A program made the translations under genes and the position numbers. From contig JAJFUB010000018.1 in assembly GCA_021372615.1 (NCBI GenBank), positions 8,193 to 72,192 of the forward strand: 64,000 bases of DNA. The letters are read 5' to 3'. The notes beneath the pieces are model-generated. The model was not told the DNA's origin and made no database searches. It saw only the letters and a program-made list of their open reading frames with translations. Below, one piece after another: positions 32,669-42,128 of this stretch (within the stretch, counting starts at the first letter, position 1; each line of letters opens with the position of its first letter). Origin of the DNA: a bacterium (GTDB lineage: Bacteria > Armatimonadota > Zipacnadia > Zipacnadales > UBA11051).

Positions 32669-33568
32669 ATGAGGATGATACGGCTTGAGGGGCTGTCGCT
32701 GGTGGTCGAGGCGTTCCTGCGCGACCAGGGCTTCCGCGTGGACAGCGAGGCGGCGGGGTCGGCGCAGATCGTCGGGATTCGGGGAGCGCGGATCGTGCGC
32801 GCGGCAGACGGGGAGGTCCAGGGCCTCAGCATCCTTCCGAGCCCGACGGCCATCACCGATCGCTATGATGACGCCATCTTCGTGTGTGGCCGCAAGGCCG
32901 GCGGCGAGCGCTACGCAGATGTGTTCCAGGCATCGCTGCAACCCGGCCGGGCGAGCTTCGCCCTGGCGCACTACCGGAACCGGGGCTGTCCCATCGTGCA
33001 GCCGGGGCAGTACCAGTATGGCAGAGGCCTGCACAACCCGCCCAGCGGTCAGTCCTACCCGGCGCTGCGGCAGCGGGCCGCCATCGTCGTCGTGCGCGAC
33101 TACGACCAGGATGCGCTGCAGGAGGCGACCGACCGGTGGGACTACCCGGCCAGCGGGCTGAACATCCACGCCGGCGGCGCGTCCGAGAGCGTGGGGCGCT
33201 GGTCAGAGGGCTGCCAGGTGATCCGGGGGGGACGCGGTGCCGGGAGTCCCTGGAGCCGGTTCCGCCGCCTCGTCTACGAGGTCGCGGCACCCCAGAGCGT
33301 GTTCCACTATGCGCTGGTGGACGGCGAGTTCTTCGGCAAGTGGTTTGACGCGGGGGGCGCATCGCGGAGCGATGCGGGCACGCGGAGAGCGGTGCGGCGG
33401 CTGTGGTTCGGGTCGCACGGGGAGCGTGTGGCGGAGCTGCAGGAGCGGCTGGTGAAGCTCGGGCACTACCATGCCGGCGGCGTGGACGGGGAGTTCGGCG
33501 TGAAGACCCACATGGCGGTACGGCGGTGGCAGGCGGCGGAGGGGAAGGCAGTGACGGGAGTCGTTTGA
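32669..33568 (+). CDS. endolysin: cell-wall hydrolase with a C-terminal peptidoglycan-binding (PG_binding_1) domain
   Basis: C-terminal RRLWFGSHGERVAELQERLVKLGHYHAGGVDGEFGVKTHMAVRRWQAAEGKAVTGVV matches the PG_binding_1 pattern. The N-terminal catalytic fold is not assigned. GGAGG RBS. Confidence 0.6.
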   Translation: MRMIRLEGLSLVVEAFLRDQGFRVDSEAAGSAQIVGIRGARIVRAADGEVQGLSILPSPTAITDRYDDAIFVCGRKAGGERYADVFQASLQPGRASFALAHYRNRGCPIVQPGQYQYGRGLHNPPSGQSYPALRQRAAIVVVRDYDQDALQEATDRWDYPASGLNIHAGGASESVGRWSEGCQVIRGGRGAGSPWSRFRRLVYEVAAPQSVFHYALVDGEFFGKWFDAGGASRSDAGTRRAVRRLWFGSHGERVAELQERLVKLGHYHAGGVDGEFGVKTHMAVRRWQAAEGKAVTGVV

Positions 33569-33690
33569 GGGTCAAGGGTCGAGGGTCTGGGGTGAAGGGT
33601 AGCGGCAACGGCAACGACAACGGCGCAGCCCCACCGTGAGGGACTGCGCCGTTACCCTAGACCCTATACCCCAGACCCTTCACCCTTTCC
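33569..33690. terminator. G-tract/C-tract imperfect palindrome between the convergent endolysin and oxidoreductase genes (bidirectional terminator candidate)
   Basis: GGGTCAAGGGTCGAGGGTCTGGGGTGAAGGGTAG ... CTACCCTAGACCCTATACCCCAGACCCTTCACCC. Confidence 0.4.
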
Positions 33691-33691
33691 C

Positions 33692-34735
33692 CTACTCCAC
33701 CTTCACCGCGCAGCCGGTGCGGGCCGATTCATAGCAGGCGTCGATGACCTTGTGGCTCCAGATGCCGTCTTCGCCCGGGATCGGCACGGGCGTATCGTTG
33801 GCGATGGCATCGCAGAAGGCCTGGACGTGGGCCTGGTACATGTTCGTCACTGCCGGCTCGATGATCTGCTCGCCGGTCTCCTCGCGCTTCTGGCCCGCGT
33901 CGTACCCCCTGTCGCCCTGCTCCACCACGGCGTGCAACTGCCCCGCTGAGCTCTGGCCGATGGTGCCGAAGGCGTAGACGCTACCCTTGGAGCCGTAGAC
34001 TTCCAGGGCGTTGCGCGCCGCCGCGTCCGGGACGTTGAAGAGCGCGTCCACCACCCCGATGGCCCCGTTCTCGAACTGCAGCATCGCCACCGCCGTGTCC
34101 TCGGTCGCGTAGTCCTGGACGAGGTTCCCGGTGTAGCACTTCACCTCGCGCACCCGGCCGAAGAACTGCTCCAGCAGGTCCACGCAGTGGTTCCCCATGT
34201 CAATGAAGCTGCCGCCGCCGCCCAGCTCGGGGTCCTGACGGAAGGCGCCGGGGATGGGCGGATACCAGCAGGTCAGCTCGGCGCGGCCCATGACCAGCGT
34301 GCCCAGGTCGCCGGCATCCACCATCTGCTTGAGCGCCAGGTGGCAGGCGTGGAAGCGCATCATGAAGTTGATGCCCAGCTTCACGCCGCGGGAAGCGCAC
34401 TCCTCGACGATCTCCTCACACTGCGGCAGCGTCAGCGCCAAGGGCTTCTCGCACAGTACGTGCTTGCCGGCCTCGGCAGCGGCCATGACCTGGCTATAGT
34501 GCAGATGGGTCGGGGTGGCGATGTAGACCGCTTGCACGTTGGGGTCGTTGAGCAGGTCGTACTCGCTGGTGTAGACCGCCTTGACGCCGTGCCTCTCGGC
34601 GACCGCCTTGACCCGATCTTCGGCGACATCCTGGACGGCGACGAGGGTGGCGTCGGGGCAGGGCATGATGCCCTCGGGTATGGTGCGGCGATCGGCGATG
34701 CCACCGGCTCCGATGACTCCCCAGTTGATGGACAT
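33692..34735 (-). CDS. Gfo/Idh/MocA family NAD(P)-dependent oxidoreductase
   Basis: N-terminal GVIGAGGIADRRTIP Rossmann motif and the EKPLALTLPQCEEI signature of the family. Confidence 0.85.
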   Translation of the reverse strand: MSINWGVIGAGGIADRRTIPEGIMPCPDATLVAVQDVAEDRVKAVAERHGVKAVYTSEYDLLNDPNVQAVYIATPTHLHYSQVMAAAEAGKHVLCEKPLALTLPQCEEIVEECASRGVKLGINFMMRFHACHLALKQMVDAGDLGTLVMGRAELTCWYPPIPGAFRQDPELGGGGSFIDMGNHCVDLLEQFFGRVREVKCYTGNLVQDYATEDTAVAMLQFENGAIGVVDALFNVPDAAARNALEVYGSKGSVYAFGTIGQSSAGQLHAVVEQGDRGYDAGQKREETGEQIIEPAVTNMYQAHVQAFCDAIANDTPVPIPGEDGIWSHKVIDACYESARTGCAVKVE

Positions 34736-34849
34736 GGTTGGATACCTCGCTCACATGACGTAACGACTGCAGCAGAAAGGAACTATTCGGCACGTTCCAG
34801 CGGTTTCCCTGCAGGGGGCGGATGTGTATAATGGGCAGGTTTGCCGGGC

Positions 34850-34925
34850 GGTGAGGGGGAAGGGAACGGCGAACGGCTTGCCGGCTGGAAGCCGGCGCTC
34901 CTACGACAACGGCAATGGCGAAAGG
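34850..34925. repeat. family-2 element (GCTTGCCGGCTGGAAGCCGGCGCTCCTACG) with flanking AACGGC hexamers, upstream of the aldolase gene
   Basis: Same sequence as 1618-1650. Confidence 0.75.
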
Positions 34926-34934
34926 CAGACGACG

Positions 34935-35708
34935 ATGATTGATCGGAAAGAACGGTTGGCGGAACTGGTGGCCATGTCGCGGGCGCTCGGACATCCGGCG
35001 GCCGACTGTGCCATGATGGGCGAGGGCAATACCTCCACGTGCGCCGGCGAGGGCACCTTCTGGGTCAAAGCCAGCGGGTTCCAACTGCCCTGCATTGACG
35101 AGGATGGCTTCACCGAGTGCCGCTTCGACAAGGTGCTGGAGTTGCTCGAGGCTGACGACATCTCCAACGAGAACGTCAAGCGCGTCCTGGCCGCCTCGCA
35201 GGTCAACCCCGAGGCGCCGCGGCCGTCGGTCGAGACGATCCTGCACGCCCTGCTGCTCCGCCTGCCCGGTATCGAGTTCGTCGCCCACACCCACCCGACG
35301 GCCGTCAACTCGATCCTGTGCGCCAAGAACGGCAAGGAAGCGTTCGCCGGCCGGATCTTCCCCGATGAGATCGTGTGCTGCGGGCCCAGGTACCTGTGGA
35401 TCCCCTTCACCGACCCGGGCGCACCGCTGGCGCGGGCCGTCAACCAGGCCGTGCGGCAGTTCATCGAGGACAACGGGATGCCGCCCAAGGTCATCCTGAT
35501 GCAGAACCATGGCTGCATAAGCCTGGGGCCGACGCGGGCCAGCGTCGAGAACGCCACGTTCATGCTCGTGAAGACGGCGCGGGTCATCCTGGGCACGTAC
35601 GCCCTGGGCGGCCCGAACTTCATGAGCGAGGAACTCGTGGACTACATCTACGCCCGGCCGGATGAGAAGTACCGCGAGGCGCTGCTCGAGGCGATCAAGA
35701 AGGGGTAG
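34935..35708 (+). CDS. class II aldolase/adducin-family protein (rhamnulose-/fuculose-1-phosphate aldolase-like)
   Basis: Start moved to the ATG at 34935 because the upstream ORF portion translates a repeat element. AHTHPTAVNSILC metal-binding His cluster typical of class II aldolases. Confidence 0.7.
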   Translation: MIDRKERLAELVAMSRALGHPAADCAMMGEGNTSTCAGEGTFWVKASGFQLPCIDEDGFTECRFDKVLELLEADDISNENVKRVLAASQVNPEAPRPSVETILHALLLRLPGIEFVAHTHPTAVNSILCAKNGKEAFAGRIFPDEIVCCGPRYLWIPFTDPGAPLARAVNQAVRQFIEDNGMPPKVILMQNHGCISLGPTRASVENATFMLVKTARVILGTYALGGPNFMSEELVDYIYARPDEKYREALLEAIKKG

Positions 35709-35916
35709 GTCGTCGCGGTCGGTGACCACTCCCGCAGGGCGGCGCCCGGAGGCCGCTTCTTCCCAGTAGGGCAGGCGGCCTCGCCTGCCTACCCGTCCCG
35801 CGCGGGCGGGGCCGCCCGCGCTACGCCGGGGGCGGCAGGAGTTGACTAATACTTGCGGCGGGGGCCATGTCTGCCTGAGGCAGACGCCCCGCCCTGATCG
35901 AGAGAGGCTGATTGGC

Positions 35917-37632
35917 ATGTCCAAGTTCTCTGATTTCCGCACGGGCGAGGGCCCGCTCAACGAGTTCCAGCAGGTCTGGCACCTGTATGGCCAGGGCCTC
36001 GACAAGCTGCAGCAGGACCCGCAGACGATGCCCTCCTACGGGCCGGATGAGCTGCTGGCGCGCATTGATGCCTGCGGCCTGTGTTTCTCGGATGTCAAGG
36101 TCATCCGGCAGGGCGGCGCGCACCCGCGGCTGTTTAGCCGCGACCTGGAGCATGACCCGGTCATCCTCGGGCACGAAGTGGCCCTGACGATCGTCGGCGT
36201 GGGCGCGAACATGGCGGACCAGTACGCGATCGGCCAGCGCTTCGTCGTGCAGGCCGAGATCTACTACCAGGGCAAGAACCTGGCGTTCGGGTATATGCTG
36301 CCGGGCGGACTCGAGCAGTATGTCACGCTGTCCAATGAGGTCCTGCGCGGCGACGACGGGTGCTACCTGATCCCCGTGCACGCCGACACGGGCTATGCCG
36401 AGGCGGCGCTGGCCGAGCCGTGGGCCTGCGTGGTGCGGGCCTATCGCGATACCCGGCGCAAGAGCCTCAAGCCCGGCGGGAAGGCCTGGGTCATCGGCAC
36501 CGCCGAGGGTGAGAAGCTGAGCTATGGGATGAGCGATTTGGACACGTCCGCGCTGCCGGCGGAGATCGTGCTGACCAATTGCCCGGCGTCCTTCGCCCAG
36601 ACCATCAAGACCATTGCCAGCGTCACGAGCATCAAGGTCACGACCGCTGACGGCGCGGACCTGCCGGCCATCGCCGCGGCGCAGGCCCCCGACGGCTTTG
36701 ACGAGATCTTCGTCCTGGGCGCGGACGTCGCGGTCGTCCAGGCAGTGGCCCCGTTGCTGGGCAAGGAGGGCGTGATGACCCTCGTCACCGAGGGCGCCCT
36801 CGACCAGATGATCGAGATTGACGTGGGCCGCGTGCACTATGACGCGCTGCAGTATGCGGCGACGAGCCCGGGCCGGCCGCTGGGCGGCTACAAGGCGCCG
36901 CGTCCGCTGAAGCTGCAGCAGGACGGCCAGTGCTGGATCTGCGGGGCTGGCGGGCCGATGGGCCAGATGCACGTGCAGCTCGCCATCGAGGCCTCCGATG
37001 GGCCGCGCACAGTCGTATGCACGGACATTGACACCGAGCGCCTCAGCCGCATCCCCATCCGCTTTGGCGAAGCTGCCCAGCGACGCGGCTGCAAGCTCGT
37101 GCTGCTCAACCCCAAGGAACTCGGCGACCAGTTTGAGGCCGAGCTGAACAAGATCGCGCCTGAGGGCTTCGACGATGTGGTCTGCCTGGTGCCTGTCCCG
37201 GCGATCATCAGCCAGTGCAGCCGCTTCGTGGGCAAGCGCGGGGTCTACAACATCTTCGCCGGCGTCGGCCGCGGCACGATGGCCCAGATGGACATGAACA
37301 AGGTCATCGCCAACAACGCTCGCTGGTTCGGGTCCAGCGGCTCGTTCATTGACGACCTGAAGATGACCCTGACGCTGGCCGAAAAGGGCGAGTTGTCGCC
37401 CAACATGGCCGTGGCGGCGGTCGGTGGGATCGAGGCCGTGCAGGACGGCCTGACCGCCGTGTCCGAGAGCGCCATGCCTGGTAAGATCGTCATCTACCCG
37501 CACATCGCGCACCTCCCGCTGACGACGCTGCCGCAGTTGCATCAGAAGATGCCGGCCGTGGCCGCGAAGCTGGGCCCCGACGACACATGGACCCGCGAAG
37601 CGGAGGAGGCGTTGCTGGAGGAGTTGCTGTAG
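35917..37632 (+). CDS. zinc-binding medium-chain dehydrogenase/reductase (polyol/sugar-phosphate dehydrogenase-like) with a C-terminal extension
   Basis: CGLCFSDVKV and GHEVALTIVGVG catalytic-zinc motifs. Rossmann fold CGAGGPMGQMHVQLAI. ATG at 35917. Confidence 0.7.
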   Translation: MSKFSDFRTGEGPLNEFQQVWHLYGQGLDKLQQDPQTMPSYGPDELLARIDACGLCFSDVKVIRQGGAHPRLFSRDLEHDPVILGHEVALTIVGVGANMADQYAIGQRFVVQAEIYYQGKNLAFGYMLPGGLEQYVTLSNEVLRGDDGCYLIPVHADTGYAEAALAEPWACVVRAYRDTRRKSLKPGGKAWVIGTAEGEKLSYGMSDLDTSALPAEIVLTNCPASFAQTIKTIASVTSIKVTTADGADLPAIAAAQAPDGFDEIFVLGADVAVVQAVAPLLGKEGVMTLVTEGALDQMIEIDVGRVHYDALQYAATSPGRPLGGYKAPRPLKLQQDGQCWICGAGGPMGQMHVQLAIEASDGPRTVVCTDIDTERLSRIPIRFGEAAQRRGCKLVLLNPKELGDQFEAELNKIAPEGFDDVVCLVPVPAIISQCSRFVGKRGVYNIFAGVGRGTMAQMDMNKVIANNARWFGSSGSFIDDLKMTLTLAEKGELSPNMAVAAVGGIEAVQDGLTAVSESAMPGKIVIYPHIAHLPLTTLPQLHQKMPAVAAKLGPDDTWTREAEEALLEELL

Positions 37633-37798
37633 GGATTGCTGGTTGTGCGGTCGGAAGCGGGAAGCGATGGCGCTGTTCGCTGCGGGCACGACGTGGGAGC
37701 GGTCACCGACCGCGACCGGCCCGGACGGCTGTCGCGGTGGGTGACCGCTCCCACAGCACACATTGCGGCAAGATGATCGCTGGAGCGTGGAGATAGAG

Positions 37799-38593
37799 AT
37801 GTCTGAACCGAAACTAGCAGGGAAGTTCGCACTCGTCACCGGTGGCGCGCAGGGCCTGGGGGCGGCGCTGTCGGAGCGTTTGGCCAAAGAGGGCGCGAAT
37901 GTGGCCGTCCTCGACCTCAACGGCGAGGGCGCGCAGGCAGTAGCCACGAAGCTGGCAGCCGACTACGGCGTCAAGACGCTCGGGGTCGGCTGCGACATCA
38001 CTGACGAGGCCAGCGTGGCGGCGGCGTTCGAGCAAGTCAGGAGTGCGTTCGGCCGCCTCGACCTGTGCATCAGCAATGCCGGGATCCTCATCTCGGGGCC
38101 GATCGCGGACTTCGATGTCGCCAAGTGGCACAAGGTCGTCGAGGTCAACCTCGTCGGCTACATGATCATTGCCAAGTACACGGCGCAGATCATGATCCCG
38201 CAGGGCTCTGGCGTCATCGTGCAGATCAACAGCAAGTCGGGCAAGAAGGGCAGCAACAAGAACAGCGCATACGCCGCCAGCAAGTTCGGCGGCATCGGCC
38301 TGACCCAGTCGCTGGCCCTGGAACTGGCCGAGTATGGCATCCGCGTGAACGCCCTGTGCCCGGGCAACCTGCTGGACTCGCCGCTGTGGCAGGACAGCCT
38401 GTACGAGCAGTACGCCAAGCGCTGGGGCCTCACCGTCGAGGAAGTGCGCCAGAAGTACGTGGATCAGGTGCCGCTCAGGCGCGGGTGTGTGTACGAGGAT
38501 GTCGCCAACGCGATGGTCTTCCTGTGCCTGGACGACAGCTCGTACATCACCGGCCAGGCGCTGAACGTGGACGGCGGGCAGACGATGCATTGA
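37799..38593 (+). CDS. short-chain dehydrogenase/reductase (SrlD/sorbitol-6-phosphate dehydrogenase-like)
   Basis: TGGAQGLGAALSERL cofactor motif, NAG and YAASKFGGIGLTQSLALEL (YxxxK) active site. Followed by a rho-independent terminator. Confidence 0.85.
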   Translation: MSEPKLAGKFALVTGGAQGLGAALSERLAKEGANVAVLDLNGEGAQAVATKLAADYGVKTLGVGCDITDEASVAAAFEQVRSAFGRLDLCISNAGILISGPIADFDVAKWHKVVEVNLVGYMIIAKYTAQIMIPQGSGVIVQINSKSGKKGSNKNSAYAASKFGGIGLTQSLALELAEYGIRVNALCPGNLLDSPLWQDSLYEQYAKRWGLTVEEVRQKYVDQVPLRRGCVYEDVANAMVFLCLDDSSYITGQALNVDGGQTMH

Positions 38594-38640
38594 CGGCAGG
38601 GGTCAGGTGACGGGGAACAGGGGACAGGAACGGCAACGAC
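38594..38640. repeat. G-tract spacer (GGCAGGGGTCAGGTGACGGGGAACAGGGGACAGG) after the SDR stop, preceding the terminator hairpin
   Basis: Seen directly. Confidence 0.55.
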
Positions 38641-38642
38641 AA

Positions 38643-38676
38643 GGCGCCCGGCGATGAGCCGGGCGCTTTCGTTTGT
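38643..38676 (+). terminator. rho-independent terminator after the SDR gene
   Basis: GGCGCCCGGCGATGAGCCGGGCGC hairpin followed by TTTCGTTTG. Confidence 0.65.
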
Positions 38677-38854
38677 GGGAGGAGGGTGGGAGGGGGGAGG
38701 CGAAGGCTGATCAGGTGTGGGAGATGCGGCGATTGCTGGCGCTATTCAACGCAGATTCTGCGGCGAATAGCTGTTCATGCGGCGAATAGGGGCGTTATTC
38801 ACCGCAAGAGACGCGGCGAAGGGCTTCTGAGCTACAACCCACGGGAGGGCGGTC

Positions 38855-41800
38855 ATGAGAAGCTGCGCTTGTCTGTTGGCGGTCATGCTGGCGGTGGGGG
38901 CCCTGGCGGCGCCGGGGGCGAAGCCCATCGGTAACGAGGTGTGGATCAACCACCTGCTGCCGCTGCCCAAGCAGGTCAAGATCGAGGGGGTCGTGACGGT
39001 GCGAGCCGCGGCCGTGGCTGTCCGCACGGCGGCCAATGCCACGGATGTGGAGCTGCAGGCAGCGAAGGAGGTCGAGGCGGCGCTCGCGGGCGCTCCGCCG
39101 ATCTCTCCTGCGAGCGCGGGCGCCACGTCCGCGCCGCCCCCTGCCCCTCCGGCGGCCGGCGGGGGAACGGCTGCGGCCGGGCCCGGGAAGGTGAAGCCTC
39201 AGTTCGAGATCACCCTGGGCCGGTGTGATGAGAAGGGACGCCTCGAGGGCAAGGTCATCCCGGAGGCCGCGACCCTCGCCAAGAAGCCCAACTCCGACCA
39301 GGCGTACTGCATCGTGCCCGCCGGGAAGGGCAGGCTGGTCATCACGGCGCTGAACCCCAAGGGGCTGTACTACGGAGCGCTGACGGTGGGGCAGCTAGTG
39401 ACGGCGGGCCGGATGATATCCGGCCCCTCCACTGTCACCCTTCCCCTGGTGCGCGTGGTGGACTGGCCGGACTTGTCCGAGCGCGGCGTGTGGGGCGGCT
39501 ATGCCGTCCCCGACCTGGAATGGATGGCCGCCCAGAAGCTCAACCTCATCGAGAACCACTCGACCCTCACGCTCGATGCCGACGGCAAGGGGGTGGCGAC
39601 GTTCGACCCCGAGGTGGTGACGCGCGGGCGGCTGCGGGCGATGAAGATCGTGCCCATCATCACCCACATGGACCAGATGCAGGGCAGCGGCATGTTCACC
39701 CGCTACCCGGAACTCAAGGGCGTCGGGCCCAAGACGCAACTGGTGCCCTCGCTGCAGACCGCGTGCTGGTCCCAGCCGCTGGCGGTCAAGATCCTTGGCG
39801 ACTGGGCCACCGACCTGGCGCGCAACCCCGACATCACCGACCTGTGCATCTGGCTGAGCGAGGACCCGGGGTACTGCGAGTGCGACAAGTGCAAGCAGAG
39901 CAACCAGTTCGTGCTGGAGACGCAGGCCTGCATCGCGGCGTGGCAGGCGGCCCAGCAGGTCAACCCCAGGCTGAAGCTGCGCATCCTGCTCACCCAGGGC
40001 ACCTACAGGGACAATGACAAGGTCCTGGCCGCCGTCCCCCCCGACGTCTACGTCAGCTACTATGACGGTGGGCGGACCTATGACTCCTCGCGCGACCCGA
40101 TGATCTACCCGCTGCTGGAGGACTACGCCAAGCAGGGCCGCTGGCTCGGCGTATACCCGCAGATCACCGCCTCGTGGCGCATCGTCTGCCCCTTCAGCTC
40201 CCCGCAGTTCATGCGCTCCCGCATGACTGAGTTCGTGGACAAGAAGCTGTCGTGCCTGTGCGGGTATGCCACGCCGAGCATGCGGTTGTGGGACTTCAAC
40301 TCCGCGGCCGCGGCCGAGTGGGGCTGGAACGCCCACGGCCGCGATGAGCGGCAGATGGCAGTGGCCTGGGCCACGACGCGGGGGCTGTCCGACCCGCAGA
40401 AGGCGGCGGACTGGGCCATGGCGCTCGGCGACGTGAGTTGGGATGTGTACGGCTCGCGGGTGCCCTATGGCGCGTTCTTCGGCGAAGCCGGGAACATGAT
40501 CAAGAACCGCGCCAGGCCGGTGCTGGGCAAGGGCATGTACCGGTACTTCGACTCCGAGCAGAAGCTGACGCAGAGCCTGGCGGCGTGTGAGAAGGCCGGA
40601 CAGCTTGCGGCGGCGCTGCAGTCGCCGGCCATCACGGCCGAGACGCAGGCCGTGACCGGGTATGTGAAGATGCTCGACCAACTGTACCGCATGGGCACGT
40701 TCATCACGCGCGCGACGCCGCCGACCGACGCCGAGCGCCTGGTCCTGCAGCAGGACCTGATGGCCTTCGCGGAGAGTGGCGAGAGCGTGAAAGCGGGCCT
40801 GCGGGCGTGGGCGGAGGCGTGCCTGCCCGGCCGGGCCATCGGCGGGCGCCTTACCGATACGCTCGACATCACCGACAAGACCGTTGCGACTGTCAGCGAG
40901 GCACTGGCGCCCTTCGGGGTGCGCAACCCGGTGTTGCCGTACCTGCGCAAGCGCGTCGGGGGCTGGCAGGACGACGACTTCGAGGCCAAGCAGCGGCTCA
41001 CCAAGAGGTGGGACGTGACACCGTACATCCAGGGGCCGGGGGAGTACCGCCTCGATCTCGTTCACGAGAGGGGCTGGCACGGGATCAGCGGGTACTCGGT
41101 AGCGTTGGCCACGGCGGCGGGGCCCGTCACAGGGATGTTACCAGACGGCGTCAACGTGACAACCACCGTCTTTACCGTTGTCGCGAAGGATGAGCACACC
41201 AGCTCCATCGGCTACACGCCGCGCGACCCGGTGTATGTGCTGAAGCTGCCGACCTATGACCCGCAGGCGAAGTACTTCATCGTGGCGGACATCCAGGGCG
41301 TGAAGTCCAGCGACAAGCCACCGGAACGGCGCGGCTGCCAGGGGAACGCGAACCTGTGGCGGGTCCGACAGCCGGACGAGAAGATCGAGATGCCACCGCT
41401 GCTGCCGATGTCCGACGGCGAGAAGGCGCGCTACGGCGGCCCGCAGTTCGGCAAGAGCGGGCTGCGCGTGGGCGTCGCCCAGGGCGGCTATGGGTCAGAG
41501 AGCCTCCTCCAGGCGGCACAGGCCCTCAGCGGCGTGGACGCCCAGCCGGTGTGGCTGATCTCGGACAAGAACCTGCAGAACTGCCAGGTGCTGATCGTGA
41601 CGCAGCCGCGCGCGGGCACGGCGATCAGCGAGGAGGCGGCCAAGGCGCTGGGACGCTTCGTGGAGCGAGGCGGCGGCCTGATCGCCACCCATGACGCGGT
41701 CGGCTATCGGCAGTGCCCGGTGGCCTTGCCGCAGGTAGCCAGGGGCATCCGGCACGTGCGCGTGGAGCAATGGGCGATGCAGGGAAGTCATCCGGTGTGC

Positions 41801-42061
41801 GCGGGCTTCACCGTCGGCCAGGGAGGCCGACAGAGCTACTACGACGCCATCGTGCTGGAGCCCGGGGCGGGGGCGACGGTCGTCGGCGTGGTCGGGGAGG
41901 AGAGCAGCCCGGTCATCGTCTGTGGCGAGGTCGGCAAGGGGCGCGCGGTGCTGTGCGGGCTGGGCCTGGCCTTTACGGCGACGGACGACGCGGACTGTGC
42001 GCCGACGGCCGACGAGGCACGACTGCTGGGCAACATGATCCACTGGTGCGGGCGGCAGTAA
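38855..42061 (+). CDS. large secreted protein: glycoside-hydrolase-like TIM-barrel region plus a C-terminal ThuA/class-I glutamine-amidotransferase-like domain
   Basis: Signal peptide MRSCACLLAVMLAVGALAAPGA. Low-complexity A/P linker. C-terminal ...QVLIVTQPRAGT...GGGLIATHDAVGY... ThuA/DJ-1-like pattern. Catalytic family not assigned. Confidence 0.5.
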   Translation: MRSCACLLAVMLAVGALAAPGAKPIGNEVWINHLLPLPKQVKIEGVVTVRAAAVAVRTAANATDVELQAAKEVEAALAGAPPISPASAGATSAPPPAPPAAGGGTAAAGPGKVKPQFEITLGRCDEKGRLEGKVIPEAATLAKKPNSDQAYCIVPAGKGRLVITALNPKGLYYGALTVGQLVTAGRMISGPSTVTLPLVRVVDWPDLSERGVWGGYAVPDLEWMAAQKLNLIENHSTLTLDADGKGVATFDPEVVTRGRLRAMKIVPIITHMDQMQGSGMFTRYPELKGVGPKTQLVPSLQTACWSQPLAVKILGDWATDLARNPDITDLCIWLSEDPGYCECDKCKQSNQFVLETQACIAAWQAAQQVNPRLKLRILLTQGTYRDNDKVLAAVPPDVYVSYYDGGRTYDSSRDPMIYPLLEDYAKQGRWLGVYPQITASWRIVCPFSSPQFMRSRMTEFVDKKLSCLCGYATPSMRLWDFNSAAAAEWGWNAHGRDERQMAVAWATTRGLSDPQKAADWAMALGDVSWDVYGSRVPYGAFFGEAGNMIKNRARPVLGKGMYRYFDSEQKLTQSLAACEKAGQLAAALQSPAITAETQAVTGYVKMLDQLYRMGTFITRATPPTDAERLVLQQDLMAFAESGESVKAGLRAWAEACLPGRAIGGRLTDTLDITDKTVATVSEALAPFGVRNPVLPYLRKRVGGWQDDDFEAKQRLTKRWDVTPYIQGPGEYRLDLVHERGWHGISGYSVALATAAGPVTGMLPDGVNVTTTVFTVVAKDEHTSSIGYTPRDPVYVLKLPTYDPQAKYFIVADIQGVKSSDKPPERRGCQGNANLWRVRQPDEKIEMPPLLPMSDGEKARYGGPQFGKSGLRVGVAQGGYGSESLLQAAQALSGVDAQPVWLISDKNLQNCQVLIVTQPRAGTAISEEAAKALGRFVERGGGLIATHDAVGYRQCPVALPQVARGIRHVRVEQWAMQGSHPVCAGFTVGQGGRQSYYDAIVLEPGAGATVVGVVGEESSPVIVCGEVGKGRAVLCGLGLAFTATDDADCAPTADEARLLGNMIHWCGRQ

Positions 42062-42128
42062 GGCCGCTGCGACGACACAGGTGTAGCCGGCGAGTAGGGA
42101 GCAGGACTGCGCAACCACATTCCGGGAG

